Of a stretch of DNA of 64,000 bases, positions 47,462 through 57,261 are shown piece after piece. The DNA is from Nitrospira japonica. GTDB taxonomy: Bacteria > Nitrospirota > Thermodesulfovibrionia > Thermodesulfovibrionales > SM23-35. A model generated the notes under the pieces. The model had not been told where the DNA came from. It did not search any database and worked only from the letters and a program-made list of their open reading frames with translations. The position numbers and the translations under genes are program-made. The DNA lies in the NCBI GenBank assembly GCA_020725385.1, contig DYFC01000006.1, forward strand, positions 3,737 through 67,736. Direction: 5' to 3'. How positions within the stretch are numbered: the first letter of the stretch is position 1; each line of letters starts with the position of its first letter.

Positions 47462-49272
47462 ACAACAAGCTGTTCAAGAATACCCGGATCTAAACCTTTT
47501 TGTTCAAAATAATCTTTTTCGAGTGTTTCAACATAAAACCTATCAAGTCCGCTGTTATCCAGAAAATCTTCTCTTAAAGTAATATCTTTGTTCTTTATTA
47601 CTATTGGCAATAAATGATTTATATAGAAAGATTCCTTTTGTAAGTCAATAAATACCTTTTCGAATAATTTTTTAGGCACATCAACATGAATGCCTTTTTC
47701 GGATAATTCACGTATTATATCTTCATGAACCTTTTCACGCCCTCTTCGTGTATCAAGCCCGGGGAAGAAACTGCGTAAACGTTCTTTCAATGCTGCATAA
47801 ACCAAGCGATATAGTTTTTCCTCCTCTGAAATGCTTCTAAGTTCAGCGATAACCTCTTTTAAAGAAGCATCTCCTGCTGATATTTTTTTAATGCCCTTGT
47901 TTATTGCCTGTACCTTTTTTCTACCATAAGCTGATATATACTTATTGTTTAATAATGTTTGAATAAATACTTCATCAAAAAGTTTCGGGTCGAGTTGATC
48001 AAATTCTTTTTTGTTTCCTATCAGGCTTCTTAATGAATCCTCTGTTAAATCTATATTCTCAAGAAAAGCAATTTTACTGAGAACCGAAGAGGTATTGTCA
48101 TATCTATCAAAATAGGTAACAACAGAAGTAAATTCCTCGAAATAACTGAAATCATTTGTTTCACGAACTATCTCATCACATGTGCGAACAGTGTCAAGAA
48201 GAACCTGTTCAAATCCTTTGTCTCCTTTTAGCTCGGCAACTTTTTTTGCTTTTATCAATCTAACTATATCTTCATTTATTATATGTTTCTTAAGAGCCGG
48301 ATCTTTGAAAAACAGGCTCTGAAGTATTGTTCTTGTCTCAAGAAGATATTCAGGTTCTTCGGTTTGCTGAACTTTTTTCCCCTTCAAGAGAAGTTCATCA
48401 AGTGTATCAAACAGCACTTCGGGAATATTATTTCTTATTCCGAGTGTGCGCAATCTGTTAAGTCTTGCGATTTCGGATTTCTGCAGGGTCTCTCTCTGCA
48501 TTCCTGCAAGCAAAATGTCTCTATATTCATCAACAACGCTTTTATTTTCCGGGTGACGGTACATAATATCAATTCTCATTCTCTCAAGCTGGTAACGGTC
48601 AATATCATAACGGGCTACAATTTCTTCAAGATAAAGCTCTTCATTGAGGGAAAGCATACGCTCTCTTGAATAAAACTTTTTTAATCCACTATAAAATTTC
48701 TCATTCCCTATATTTACGAGTTTGAATATAAAAACAGTTGAGTTTTTCTCTTTAAGTTCAGAAATGAAACCATTTAGAAGTTCTGTGTCTTTATCCTCGG
48801 AAATTAAATTGGTTCTCTTAAGAAATTTCCCAACAGACCTTAAGATAAGTTTCTGTCTTCTAATATAATCTCCCTGAAAATCGGATGATACAAAGAAATA
48901 ATAGTTCTTTACTGCATGTCCATGAAGAAAAAGACGGTAGAAAGATTCTTTGCCTTCGGTATTATTTGTAAAAACAACTTTTTCATTTTTATCAATAAAA
49001 GCCCCGAACATTATAAGTCTGTTTACAACTGACTTTTTTATTAAGTCTTTAATAGGTTTTTCAACGCCGAACATATACTCACAGAAACTACCACCCGTTC
49101 CATTGTAATGAACCCCTGTCTCTGTTATAGTAAACTCGTTCCCGCGCGAGAAGAATCTGATGCTGTTTGTATTTTCTTCATAAAAATAGTTGCTATATAT
49201 CCCCGGGCCACTGATAAAGGCAAAATATTCTATACTTCCGATAGTTCCGTGTAATCTAAGGTCATTTATCAT
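47440..49272 (-). CDS. Conserved-looking hypothetical protein, 610 aa (beta-rich N-domain plus long helical C-region)
   Basis: Long uninterrupted ORF with host-like composition. No Walker, metal-cluster, TM or signal motifs seen. The last 22 nt lie antisense to the 3' end of tRNA-Cys. Confidence 0.6.
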   Translation of the reverse strand: MINDLRLHGTIGSIEYFAFISGPGIYSNYFYEENTNSIRFFSRGNEFTITETGVHYNGTGGSFCEYMFGVEKPIKDLIKKSVVNRLIMFGAFIDKNEKVVFTNNTEGKESFYRLFLHGHAVKNYYFFVSSDFQGDYIRRQKLILRSVGKFLKRTNLISEDKDTELLNGFISELKEKNSTVFIFKLVNIGNEKFYSGLKKFYSRERMLSLNEELYLEEIVARYDIDRYQLERMRIDIMYRHPENKSVVDEYRDILLAGMQRETLQKSEIARLNRLRTLGIRNNIPEVLFDTLDELLLKGKKVQQTEEPEYLLETRTILQSLFFKDPALKKHIINEDIVRLIKAKKVAELKGDKGFEQVLLDTVRTCDEIVRETNDFSYFEEFTSVVTYFDRYDNTSSVLSKIAFLENIDLTEDSLRSLIGNKKEFDQLDPKLFDEVFIQTLLNNKYISAYGRKKVQAINKGIKKISAGDASLKEVIAELRSISEEEKLYRLVYAALKERLRSFFPGLDTRRGREKVHEDIIRELSEKGIHVDVPKKLFEKVFIDLQKESFYINHLLPIVIKNKDITLREDFLDNSGLDRFYVETLEKDYFEQKGLDPGILEQLVVGGGERI

Positions 49273-49358
49273 GAAAGAAATATATCATAGTAGTTGAGAT
49301 AAAATAAACAGGAAATAAAAAAATGTATTATATAAACTTCCGGGCCGGCAAGTAAAAA

Positions 49359-49380
49359 AGCAAAAAGCGAAGAGCAAAAA
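49359..49380. repeat. Purine-rich dispersed motif, copy 2 (AGCAAAAAGCGAAGAGCAAAAA)
   Basis: See copies at 20371 and 59186. Confidence 0.5.
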
Positions 49381-49436
49381 CAAAAATACAAAGCGAAACA
49401 ATGAAAAAGCATCAATTCAAGATAAAAAAGAAGCAA

Positions 49437-49513
49437 GATTCCTCAGCCGCTTATATTCCTTCGAAAGACAATACAAGCCTTCTTTATTGTCATTTCGAGC
49501 GAAGCGAGAAATC
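49437..49513. repeat. Imperfect palindromic element containing TGTCATTTCGAGCGAAGCGAGAAATC
   Basis: The left arm GATTCCTCAGCCGC...TTCGAAAGACA (49437-49470) is an imperfect reverse complement of the right arm (49488-49513). The minus-strand frame of the right arm reads SRFARNDN. Confidence 0.55.
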
Positions 49514-49576
49514 TTTAAGGCTTTCAAAATTTGCCGTGAATTGCTGGCTTAACAGATTGAAGATGTTGTGAAAGAT

Positions 49577-49735
49577 TTATTTTTCTTCCTCTTGAGTTTC
49601 TTCTTTTTCAGTTTTAATGGTCACATCTCTAACGAATTCAGTGCATCGCATATCCTTGCCGGAAACACTAAATTTTTTCTGGCATGTTTCACGCCATGCA
49701 CAGATAGCACATATACTTATATCTTCTGAAGTCAT
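49577..49735 (-). CDS. 52-aa Cys-rich mini-protein (below the ORF-track cut-off)
   Basis: Hand translation gives MTSEDISICAICAWRETCQKKFSVSGKDMRCTEFVRDVTIKTEKEETQEEEK. It has four Cys (CxxC-x5-C-x12-C) and an acidic tail. Its ATG overlaps the upstream stop (ATGA). Confidence 0.5.
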   Translation of the reverse strand: MTSEDISICAICAWRETCQKKFSVSGKDMRCTEFVRDVTIKTEKEETQEEEK

Positions 49736-50565
49736 TGGTTCCTCCTGAAATACCAGCTTAATACTTTTTCAATATTTGAAATTATATTGTCCTTAGCATT
49801 TATTATAAATATCTTATCATTTATATGAAAGAGTTCTTTTTCCATCCTTATTATTTCTGGCGGAGCAATATATTTTTTCTTTAATTCTTCTTCAAACATT
49901 AAGACTATTTTATCTTTCATCCTCAGTTCTGTATCATCAAAAAAAATACTTATTTCCGGATGTAAATCTTCAATTCTTTCGAAAAAGGCTGAAATTTCCT
50001 TCTGATATATTTGCTTTGGAGGAGAAGATTTTATTTCCATATAAAGAATAGAGCTGTCAACTTTTGCGATTAGATCATAATCCCCGCCAACTCTGGGACG
50101 TTTGAAACGTATACCCCAGATTGCTTCTATAGCAAATTCCTTCTTAAGAATTTCCGAAAGGAACCATTCAAGTGTTTCGCCAAAACTTTTGATAGGTCTA
50201 TTTTTCAGTCTATATTCAGGATAATTGTACTCAACCATATCTATTTTTATAAGATAATCAATATATTCTTTTGTGACTCCTGAAGTAGCATAGCGTGTAA
50301 CTTCCTCGGGTTTGAATCCTTCCTGTTTTTTTATCACATCTCTTAAAAAAAGACGGAAAGAATATTTTTTCAACATCTCATAAAAACTTGATAAAAATTC
50401 TTCGGAAGGAATTAATAAGTCATCGGATGGTTTTGATTTAAAGATTTTAAATCCCCTTCTTTTTAAAAGCATTTCAAGTGAAGGAGTTAAATCTGAGAGA
50501 GACTTCCTGAGCCTCTTTATCTCGTCTCTTAAATCCTGTGACGGATCACGACCTTTTTTATCCAT
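49732..50565 (-). CDS. Hypothetical protein: wHTH-like N-region plus PD-(D/E)xK nuclease-like C-region
   Basis: 277 aa. The segment GGDYDLIAKVDSSILYMEIKSS fits a D...(D/E)xK restriction-endonuclease-fold core. Family not recognised. Confidence 0.5.
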   Translation of the reverse strand: MDKKGRDPSQDLRDEIKRLRKSLSDLTPSLEMLLKRRGFKIFKSKPSDDLLIPSEEFLSSFYEMLKKYSFRLFLRDVIKKQEGFKPEEVTRYATSGVTKEYIDYLIKIDMVEYNYPEYRLKNRPIKSFGETLEWFLSEILKKEFAIEAIWGIRFKRPRVGGDYDLIAKVDSSILYMEIKSSPPKQIYQKEISAFFERIEDLHPEISIFFDDTELRMKDKIVLMFEEELKKKYIAPPEIIRMEKELFHINDKIFIINAKDNIISNIEKVLSWYFRRNQ

Positions 50566-50599
50566 TACTAAAGTATATTTTAAAACACAATCATTTGAA

Positions 50600-50992
50600 T
50601 TAAATAAATTTTATAGCAACTCTTCTGTGTCTTGGTCCGTCAAACTCGCAGAAAAATATTGATTGCCATGTTCCTAAAAGAAGCTTTCCTTCATCAATAA
50701 TTAAATTTGCTGAAGTTCCTACGAGAGTCGATTTAATATGCGCATCGGCATTCCCTTCGCGGTGGGAATAATTCATTTCATGCGGGATCAGCCTATTTAA
50801 AGCATTTATAATATCACGTTGGACACTCGGATCAGCGCCTTCATTGATAGTTATTCCTGCGGTTGTATGAGGAACATAAAGACAACAAATCCCTTTAATG
50901 ACGCCTGCTTCTTTAATGACTTCCTGAACCATTTCTGTTATATCTATTAACTCAATTCTTGTTTTACTCTTTAAATTAATATGCTTTATCAT
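50600..50992 (-). CDS. YjbQ/UPF0047 family protein (secondary thiamine-phosphate synthase-like)
   Basis: HTTAGITINEGADPSVQRD...H...GNADAH...L.G pattern. Confidence 0.8.
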   Translation of the reverse strand: MIKHINLKSKTRIELIDITEMVQEVIKEAGVIKGICCLYVPHTTAGITINEGADPSVQRDIINALNRLIPHEMNYSHREGNADAHIKSTLVGTSANLIIDEGKLLLGTWQSIFFCEFDGPRHRRVAIKFI

Positions 50993-50994
50993 AA

Positions 50995-52008
50995 CTACCT
51001 CCCGAGGGCCTCTGTATAGAACTCATTATCAATATGAAATTTTATTGCTAATGAAAATAAATTTTCAGGCAAATTAAATGTTTTTACTTTAATTATATCC
51101 TTTTCTGTCGTAACAATCCATTCTAAATTATTTTCTTTGGCCTCATTGATAATATGTCGGATGTCGGTTTCTGTAAAATTATGATGGTCACGAAACGTCT
51201 TAAAATATTTAAGATTAACACCTATTGAAAGCAAAGTTTCTTTAAAAGACTCTGGATTGCCTATTGCGCAAAAGCCATAAAAAGTTTTTCCGGCTGCCCA
51301 TTCAATAGGATATATGACACCATTAATATTCTTAAAATACAATGGCTTATGCTTTGAATAGAAAACAGGAGCGTTGAAATTATATTTTCTAATCATCTTT
51401 AATGTTTTATGTGAACCAATATCTATATTATTTTCCCCTGAATCTGTTTTTGTTATAACAATTATATCCGCTCTTTTTATTTCACTAATAGGTTCCCGCA
51501 GTCTTCCAACTGGTAGAAGTTTATTGTTACCAAATGGATTCATACTGTCAATTAGAACAATATCCTTATCCCTGTACAATCCCCAGTGCTGGAACCCATC
51601 ATCGAGAATAAAAAGATCCGGTTTTTTCTCATGCGGTATGTTATTGAGTGCGAAGATTCCAGCTTCATATCTGTTAATTCCTTTAACAATAGGTATTTCT
51701 TTAAGATATTGTGCCATAAGGAAAGGTTCGTCTCCTGCTGTCTTTACATCCATTAAAGGACCGTCTCCTTTGCTTATGAAACAGATGTCGCTGGCATCTC
51801 CCCTATAACCTCTTGTTAGTATACATGGTTTAAAACCTTTTTCCTTAGCCTTTTCAGCGATAGCAATTGTTGCAGGTGTCTTACCCGTTCCCCCTGTTGT
51901 TATATTCCCGATGCTTATTACTTTCACAGGAAGCTTCTTCTGATTGGATAGTTTAATCTTCTTTTTTGCTGAACATCCTGCATAATATAGAATTTCAAAT
52001 ATATTCAT
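50995..52008 (-). CDS. lpxK: Tetraacyldisaccharide 4'-kinase
   Basis: P-loop GNITTGGTGKTP; LpxK length. Confidence 0.85.
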   Translation of the reverse strand: MNIFEILYYAGCSAKKKIKLSNQKKLPVKVISIGNITTGGTGKTPATIAIAEKAKEKGFKPCILTRGYRGDASDICFISKGDGPLMDVKTAGDEPFLMAQYLKEIPIVKGINRYEAGIFALNNIPHEKKPDLFILDDGFQHWGLYRDKDIVLIDSMNPFGNNKLLPVGRLREPISEIKRADIIVITKTDSGENNIDIGSHKTLKMIRKYNFNAPVFYSKHKPLYFKNINGVIYPIEWAAGKTFYGFCAIGNPESFKETLLSIGVNLKYFKTFRDHHNFTETDIRHIINEAKENNLEWIVTTEKDIIKVKTFNLPENLFSLAIKFHIDNEFYTEALGR

Positions 52009-52190
52009 TTGCTTATTTTAATCCCGATTTTCCGGTTCTCCCAACATATGAATTTTATCAGGCAAAATTTATTCAATCAGAAAAATATAACCGGGGAGTC
52101 TGGAGCTATTTTACAATACTGTTGTCAATGCTTAGATACAAGATCATCATGCCGAATTTTCAGCATTTTTGTATCGTATAATTAGTACAA

Positions 52191-54011
52191 CTAAACCACC
52201 CTAACAGGGTTAATGCTCTCGAATTCCCTTATGATTTCATCTATTTCAGAGCTATCCAGTGTTTCTTTTTCAAGCAATTTTTTTGCAAAGATTTCAAGTA
52301 AGTCCCGATTTTCTGTAAGAAGATTTATTGCATTATTATAAGCTTCAATAACTATTCTTTTAACCTCTTCATCAATCTCAACAGCGGTCTTCTCGCTATA
52401 ATCTTTATGTCTGGCAATCTCTCTGCCGAGAAATATCTGTTCGTCTTTTTTACCAAAGGTTAAAGGTCCTAATCTGTCGGACATTCCCCATTCAGTAACC
52501 ATTTTTCTTGCAAGTTCTGTTGCTCTTTCAAGATCATTTCCTGCTCCTGTTGTCATATGCTGCAAGGCTATCTCTTCTGCAGCTCTTCCACCAAGTAAGA
52601 CGGTAAGGGTTTTCATGAGATATTCTTTTGAATATGTATAACGATCATCGATTGGCAGTTGTTGTGTAACACCAAGTGCCCTACCTCTCGGAATTATACT
52701 TACTTTATGTAAGGGATCTGTACCGGGTGTAAGTCTTGCAACAAGAGCATGACCTGCTTCGTGATATGCTGTATTCTTTTTTTCTTCCTCGCTGATAATC
52801 ATGCTTTTTCTTTCAACACCCATTAATACTTTATCTTTTGCTGCCTCGAAATCAGACCTCTCAATCTTTGTTTTTCCAACACGGGCTGCGAGTAATGCTG
52901 CTTCATTGACCAGATTTTCAAGATCAGCGCCTGAAAAACCGGGTGTGCCCCTTGCTATTTGTTCGAGATTCACATTCTCATCAATGGGCTTATTTCTTGT
53001 ATGAACTTTCAATATCTCGAGCCTTCCTTTTACATCAGGCTGCGGAACAACAACCTGTCTGTCAAATCTTCCCGGTCTTAATAGCGCAGGATCAAGCACA
53101 TCCGGTCTATTAGTTGCTGCAATAATAATAACTCCTTGATTTGCTTCGAACCCGTCCATTTCTACAAGAAGCTGGTTTAATGTCTGCTCTCTTTCATCAT
53201 GGCCTCCGCCAAGTCCTGCACCACGATGTCTTCCAACAGCGTCTATTTCATCAATAAATATTATGCATGGTGAATTTTTTTTCGCCTGATCAAAAAGATC
53301 TCTCACTCTTGAAGCTCCTACTCCAACAAACATTTCAACAAAATCAGAGCCTGATATTGAGAAAAATGGAACACCTGCTTCTCCGGCAATTGCTCTTGCA
53401 AGAAGCGTTTTTCCTGTGCCGGGCGCGCCTACAAGCAATACACCTTTCGGAATTTTACCGCCAAGTTTCTGAAATTTCTGGGGATCTTTAAGAAAATCTA
53501 TTATTTCCTGAACTTCTGCTTTTGCTTCTTCAATACCTGCGACATCAGCAAAAGTTACCTTTACTGCTTTTTCTGATATAAGTTTTGCCTTTGCTTTTCC
53601 AAAAGAAAGAGCTTTGTTCCCTCCTGTCTGCATCTGGCGCATAAAAAATATCCAGATAACAACAAGAAAAATTATAGGCCCCCATGAAAAGAAAAGATTC
53701 CAGTACCATGGGTTCTGTTCTTCAGGCTTTACCGCGATTTTTACATTTTTTTCTTTTAGAATTTTTACAAGGTCAGGGTATTCTGTAGTAAATGTCCTGA
53801 ATTTTTTCCCGTCTTTTAATTGACCTGTTACAACATTTCCTTTTATAGTCACTTCTTCAATCTGATTTTCATCAAGCTTTGTAATAAAATCGGAAAAAAT
53901 AATCTCTTCTTCGGCTTTTTTTGGCATATTCATTAGATTAAAGAGAACTATCATCATAATGCCAATCAAAAGCCACATTACAAGACTTCTATAGTTATTC
54001 ATTTTATTCAT
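52191..54011 (-). CDS. ftsH: ATP-dependent zinc metalloprotease FtsH
   Basis: Two TM helices, Walker [15 protein letters not shown], zinc motif HEAGHAL. Confidence 0.95.
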   Translation of the reverse strand: MNKMNNYRSLVMWLLIGIMMIVLFNLMNMPKKAEEEIIFSDFITKLDENQIEEVTIKGNVVTGQLKDGKKFRTFTTEYPDLVKILKEKNVKIAVKPEEQNPWYWNLFFSWGPIIFLVVIWIFFMRQMQTGGNKALSFGKAKAKLISEKAVKVTFADVAGIEEAKAEVQEIIDFLKDPQKFQKLGGKIPKGVLLVGAPGTGKTLLARAIAGEAGVPFFSISGSDFVEMFVGVGASRVRDLFDQAKKNSPCIIFIDEIDAVGRHRGAGLGGGHDEREQTLNQLLVEMDGFEANQGVIIIAATNRPDVLDPALLRPGRFDRQVVVPQPDVKGRLEILKVHTRNKPIDENVNLEQIARGTPGFSGADLENLVNEAALLAARVGKTKIERSDFEAAKDKVLMGVERKSMIISEEEKKNTAYHEAGHALVARLTPGTDPLHKVSIIPRGRALGVTQQLPIDDRYTYSKEYLMKTLTVLLGGRAAEEIALQHMTTGAGNDLERATELARKMVTEWGMSDRLGPLTFGKKDEQIFLGREIARHKDYSEKTAVEIDEEVKRIVIEAYNNAINLLTENRDLLEIFAKKLLEKETLDSSEIDEIIREFESINPVRVV

Positions 54012-54041
54012 AATTTATATATTTTAGCATATTAAGCGGAT

Positions 54042-54773
54042 TTAAAATTTAAGGACGTCTTCTTCAATAACTTTCTTTTGAATTTCAATAAGTTGTTTTA
54101 TCCCCCGGTCGGCGAGTTTAAGTAATAAATTCAAAGTATCATTTGAAAAAGGGTTTCCTTCAGCAGTTCCCTGAATCTCAACAAATCTTCCGCTTCCTGT
54201 CATAACAATATTCATATCAACTTCAGCCTGAGAATCTTCTAAATAACAAAGATCTACCATTGGTTCTCTATTTACAACACCTACACTTATTGCAGCAAGA
54301 TAATCCTTCAAAGGTGTTTTATCAATTAAACCGTTTCTTAGTGCAAATTTTAATGCATCAACCATACAAATGAAGGCGCCAGTAATCGAAGCTGTTCTTG
54401 TGCCCCCGTCTGCCTGTAAAACATCGCAATCAATCCAGATAGTTCTTTCACCAATAGATGAAAGATCAACCACTGACCTGAGTGCCCTGCCAATAAGTCT
54501 TTGAATTTCATGTGTTCTACCGCTTATTCTACCGGCTACCGCTTCTCTCATTGTTCTTGTATGTGTCGCTCTTGGCAACATTGAATACTCAGCTGTTATC
54601 CAGCCTTTTTTCTGATCTTTAAGAAAAGGCGGCACTTTTTCTTCAATGCTTGCAGTGCATACAACTTTTGTATTCCCTATCGAAATAAGTACAGAGCCTT
54701 CAGCAGTATTCAAAAAATTCCTTTGTATTTCTATACTTCTAATCTCATCATTTTTTCTTCCATCCGGTCTCAT
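54042..54773 (-). CDS. rph: Ribonuclease PH
   Basis: MRPDGR N-terminus, [11 protein letters not shown]. Confidence 0.9.
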   Translation of the reverse strand: MRPDGRKNDEIRSIEIQRNFLNTAEGSVLISIGNTKVVCTASIEEKVPPFLKDQKKGWITAEYSMLPRATHTRTMREAVAGRISGRTHEIQRLIGRALRSVVDLSSIGERTIWIDCDVLQADGGTRTASITGAFICMVDALKFALRNGLIDKTPLKDYLAAISVGVVNREPMVDLCYLEDSQAEVDMNIVMTGSGRFVEIQGTAEGNPFSNDTLNLLLKLADRGIKQLIEIQKKVIEEDVLKF

Positions 54774-55583
54774 TTAACCTCCTAATTGAATTTTTTCTAT
54801 ATTATTAATCTTTTCTCCAAGAAATTTTTCTCCAATGTTTAAAAATTTTTCTACTGAATCTGTAACAAAAAATTCTCTCAAAGGACTCCCCTCTTTTTTC
54901 TTCTCAAGTCCTGAAGTCTTCAATATCTTCTTTATTTCACCAGCAGTCTCGATTGCTGAATCTATAAGCGTAACTTCTGAACCCATAACATTAGATATTA
55001 CTTTCTTAAGTAAAGGATAATGGGTACATCCAAGGACAATTGTATCTATATTGCTGTTTTTAAAATTTGAGAGATATTTTTCAGCGATTAAACTTGCTAT
55101 AGTGCCATCGGTCCAGCCTTCTTCAACCAGAGGGACAAAAAGCGGACAGGCAAGAGCCGTGACCGAAATTTCCTTATCAAGATTCTTTATAGCTTTTGTG
55201 TATGAATTGCTTTTTATAGTAGCTTCTGTTCCTATAACACCAACCATTTTATTCCTTGTAGCCTTCACAGCAGCCTTTGCACCTGGTTCAATAACCCCTA
55301 TGACAGGAATATTTACCATTTCTTTAATTGCATCAAGACTTATAGCAGAGGAAGTATTACAGGCAATAACAAGAAGTTTAATATTTTTTGAAATAAGAAA
55401 TCTTGTGTTTTCAAAAGAATATCTTAAGACAGTTTCTGGAGAGCGAATTCCATATGGAACTCTTGCAGTATCCCCAAGATAAACTGTATTCTCATATGGA
55501 AGTGCCTTTAATATTTCTTTTAATACAGTCAATCCACCTATTCCTGAATCAAAAACTCCAATTGGTTGTTCTTTTATATCCAA
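54774..55583 (-). CDS. murI: Glutamate racemase
   Basis: FDSGIGGLTV, ACNTSS and GCTHYP catalytic Cys motifs. TTG start 6 nt after an AAGGAG SD. Confidence 0.9.
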   Translation of the reverse strand: MDIKEQPIGVFDSGIGGLTVLKEILKALPYENTVYLGDTARVPYGIRSPETVLRYSFENTRFLISKNIKLLVIACNTSSAISLDAIKEMVNIPVIGVIEPGAKAAVKATRNKMVGVIGTEATIKSNSYTKAIKNLDKEISVTALACPLFVPLVEEGWTDGTIASLIAEKYLSNFKNSNIDTIVLGCTHYPLLKKVISNVMGSEVTLIDSAIETAGEIKKILKTSGLEKKKEGSPLREFFVTDSVEKFLNIGEKFLGEKINNIEKIQLGG

Positions 55584-55717
55584 AACAAACTCCTTTTATC
55601 CTTTAGCCGTAACGCGTTGCTCGTTATCCGTACTTAAAAACGGATATGATAAACGATTTTTGCAACGCCTGCATTTTTCGGGTTAATCTATATTTTACAA
55701 TCCCTGATTCTGTCTAT

Positions 55718-56278
55718 TTACGATGTTTCGTATGATACAATTCCTTTTAAAGGATATTTAAGATAAAAATGCCCTCCAAGAGTTTCAACTTCTTTCCCTT
55801 CAATAAGCACTTTTACATCCTGTATATCTTCTATATTGGAAATAATGCTCTGGTACAAACCTTTAAGTAAAAGCAATTCTGAAATTGCATCTCCCCGAAA
55901 GTTTTTCCTGAATTCCTCCGAAAGATCTACATATAATATTCTGTCAGCACCTTTATAAATACCGAGGATTTTGACTTCTTTAGGTACAACAGGAACTTTA
56001 GTATCAATAGGTCCCTTTAAATATTGTTCGACAACTGCTTCAGCTATTGCAACCGGTAGAGTTCTCCTCGGCAGTCTTCTTTCTTCTATCTGTAGATGTT
56101 CTCCGGCAGGATAATACATTCTGAGCGAATACAGATCCTCGGCATTCTCTGCACCGTTTTTTATCTCAATTTTTTTGCTGACTGCTTTTATCGAAGAAAA
56201 GTACCAATAGCCCACAAAAACTCCTGAAATAAACAACAAAAATAATACAGAGACACCGATAACTTTCTTCTTATCCAT
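55718..56278 (-). CDS. GerMN-domain protein
   Basis: TM anchor plus a GerMN-like pattern (LYVDLSEEF...G...E.LLLKGLYQSI). Confidence 0.6.
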   Translation of the reverse strand: MDKKKVIGVSVLFLLFISGVFVGYWYFSSIKAVSKKIEIKNGAENAEDLYSLRMYYPAGEHLQIEERRLPRRTLPVAIAEAVVEQYLKGPIDTKVPVVPKEVKILGIYKGADRILYVDLSEEFRKNFRGDAISELLLLKGLYQSIISNIEDIQDVKVLIEGKEVETLGGHFYLKYPLKGIVSYETS

Positions 56279-57261
56279 TAAATTCCTTTATTAGTATTTT
56301 CTTGTGAACTTTCTATTTGTCCATAGGCTAAAAATGCTTTTATAATCGCATTAACAATTTTCGTTTTTCTCTGCTGGTCATATATTGTAACCTGTGCAGA
56401 AGGAAACTCAATCAGAACAGCAGGGGCTCCTATTGAATTAAGCAAAGGCAAAGGCATTTCTCTTAGAACAATTTGTTCCTTGAATTCTTCTTTAAATACT
56501 TTTATCAAGTTATCCGCCAACACTTTGCTTTTGTTTAAAAACTTTTTTTGTCTCATTTCAAGACCATATTCACTTAGTGTTTCAGAACCGGATTTATCTT
56601 CAAAATAAGGTGTATAAACAGCAAATTTACCCGAATTAGATATATGCAGACTAATAAAAATATCGGGCTTCCTGAGATTTGTAAAACTTATTCTCTCGGA
56701 TAACTGTAAGTATTGATCAACTTTTCTTGTAAGAAAAACCTTTTTGCCTTTCTTAATTAGATAATTGCTTAATTCTTTTGCAATATCAAGACAGATGTCT
56801 TTCTCGTTCTTTTCCTTAAATATTATCCCGAAATCATATCCTCCATGTCCTGCATCAATGACAAAAGAGTTCAATAAAATACCGGATGGTTTCTCAGGGT
56901 GTATCTCGGTACTTTTTATATCGAAAACAATTCTTGCAGGTGACGAAAGTTTAAAAGTTTTTATTTCCCCTTTTTCCTTAATATTAAGAGTCAAGGTTTT
57001 ATTTGCTTGAGTAACTTCAAATGGAGGAGTTTTTAAGGGAGTTAAACTAAATGAATCAGGAAAATCAATTTTTATCTGGCTCGAAACAATATTTGTCTGG
57101 GCTTTTGTAATAATAGGCTCTTCGGATTCAATAACAATGCGCATAAAGCCTTCCTGTTTGCTATATTTCAGAAAGACTTGGGGTTTTTTCTGGGCATGCA
57201 CATTAAATCCAGCAATTACAATGATTATTGCAAAAAAAAATAAAATAAAATTTTTCTTCAT
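56278..57261 (-). CDS. N-acetylmuramoyl-L-alanine amidase with AMIN domain (AmiC-like)
   Basis: Signal peptide, AMIN-like N-domain, Amidase_3 start VIDAGHGG. Confidence 0.8.
   Translation of the reverse strand: MKKNFILFFFAIIIVIAGFNVHAQKKPQVFLKYSKQEGFMRIVIESEEPIITKAQTNIVSSQIKIDFPDSFSLTPLKTPPFEVTQANKTLTLNIKEKGEIKTFKLSSPARIVFDIKSTEIHPEKPSGILLNSFVIDAGHGGYDFGIIFKEKNEKDICLDIAKELSNYLIKKGKKVFLTRKVDQYLQLSERISFTNLRKPDIFISLHISNSGKFAVYTPYFEDKSGSETLSEYGLEMRQKKFLNKSKVLADNLIKVFKEEFKEQIVLREMPLPLLNSIGAPAVLIEFPSAQVTIYDQQRKTKIVNAIIKAFLAYGQIESSQENTNKGI

Noticed and set aside
49401-49571. 56-aa ORF MKKHQFKIKKKQ...CHFERSEKSLRL...
   Set aside because: It is merely a translation of the purine-rich and palindromic repeat elements. 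It has no SD and junk-like sequence.
55625-55646. 7-bp hairpin TATCCGT-N8-ACGGATA between the GerMN-like gene and murI
   Set aside because: No U-tract follows on the transcribed (minus) strand, so it is not a convincing terminator. No riboswitch-like conservation is recognisable.
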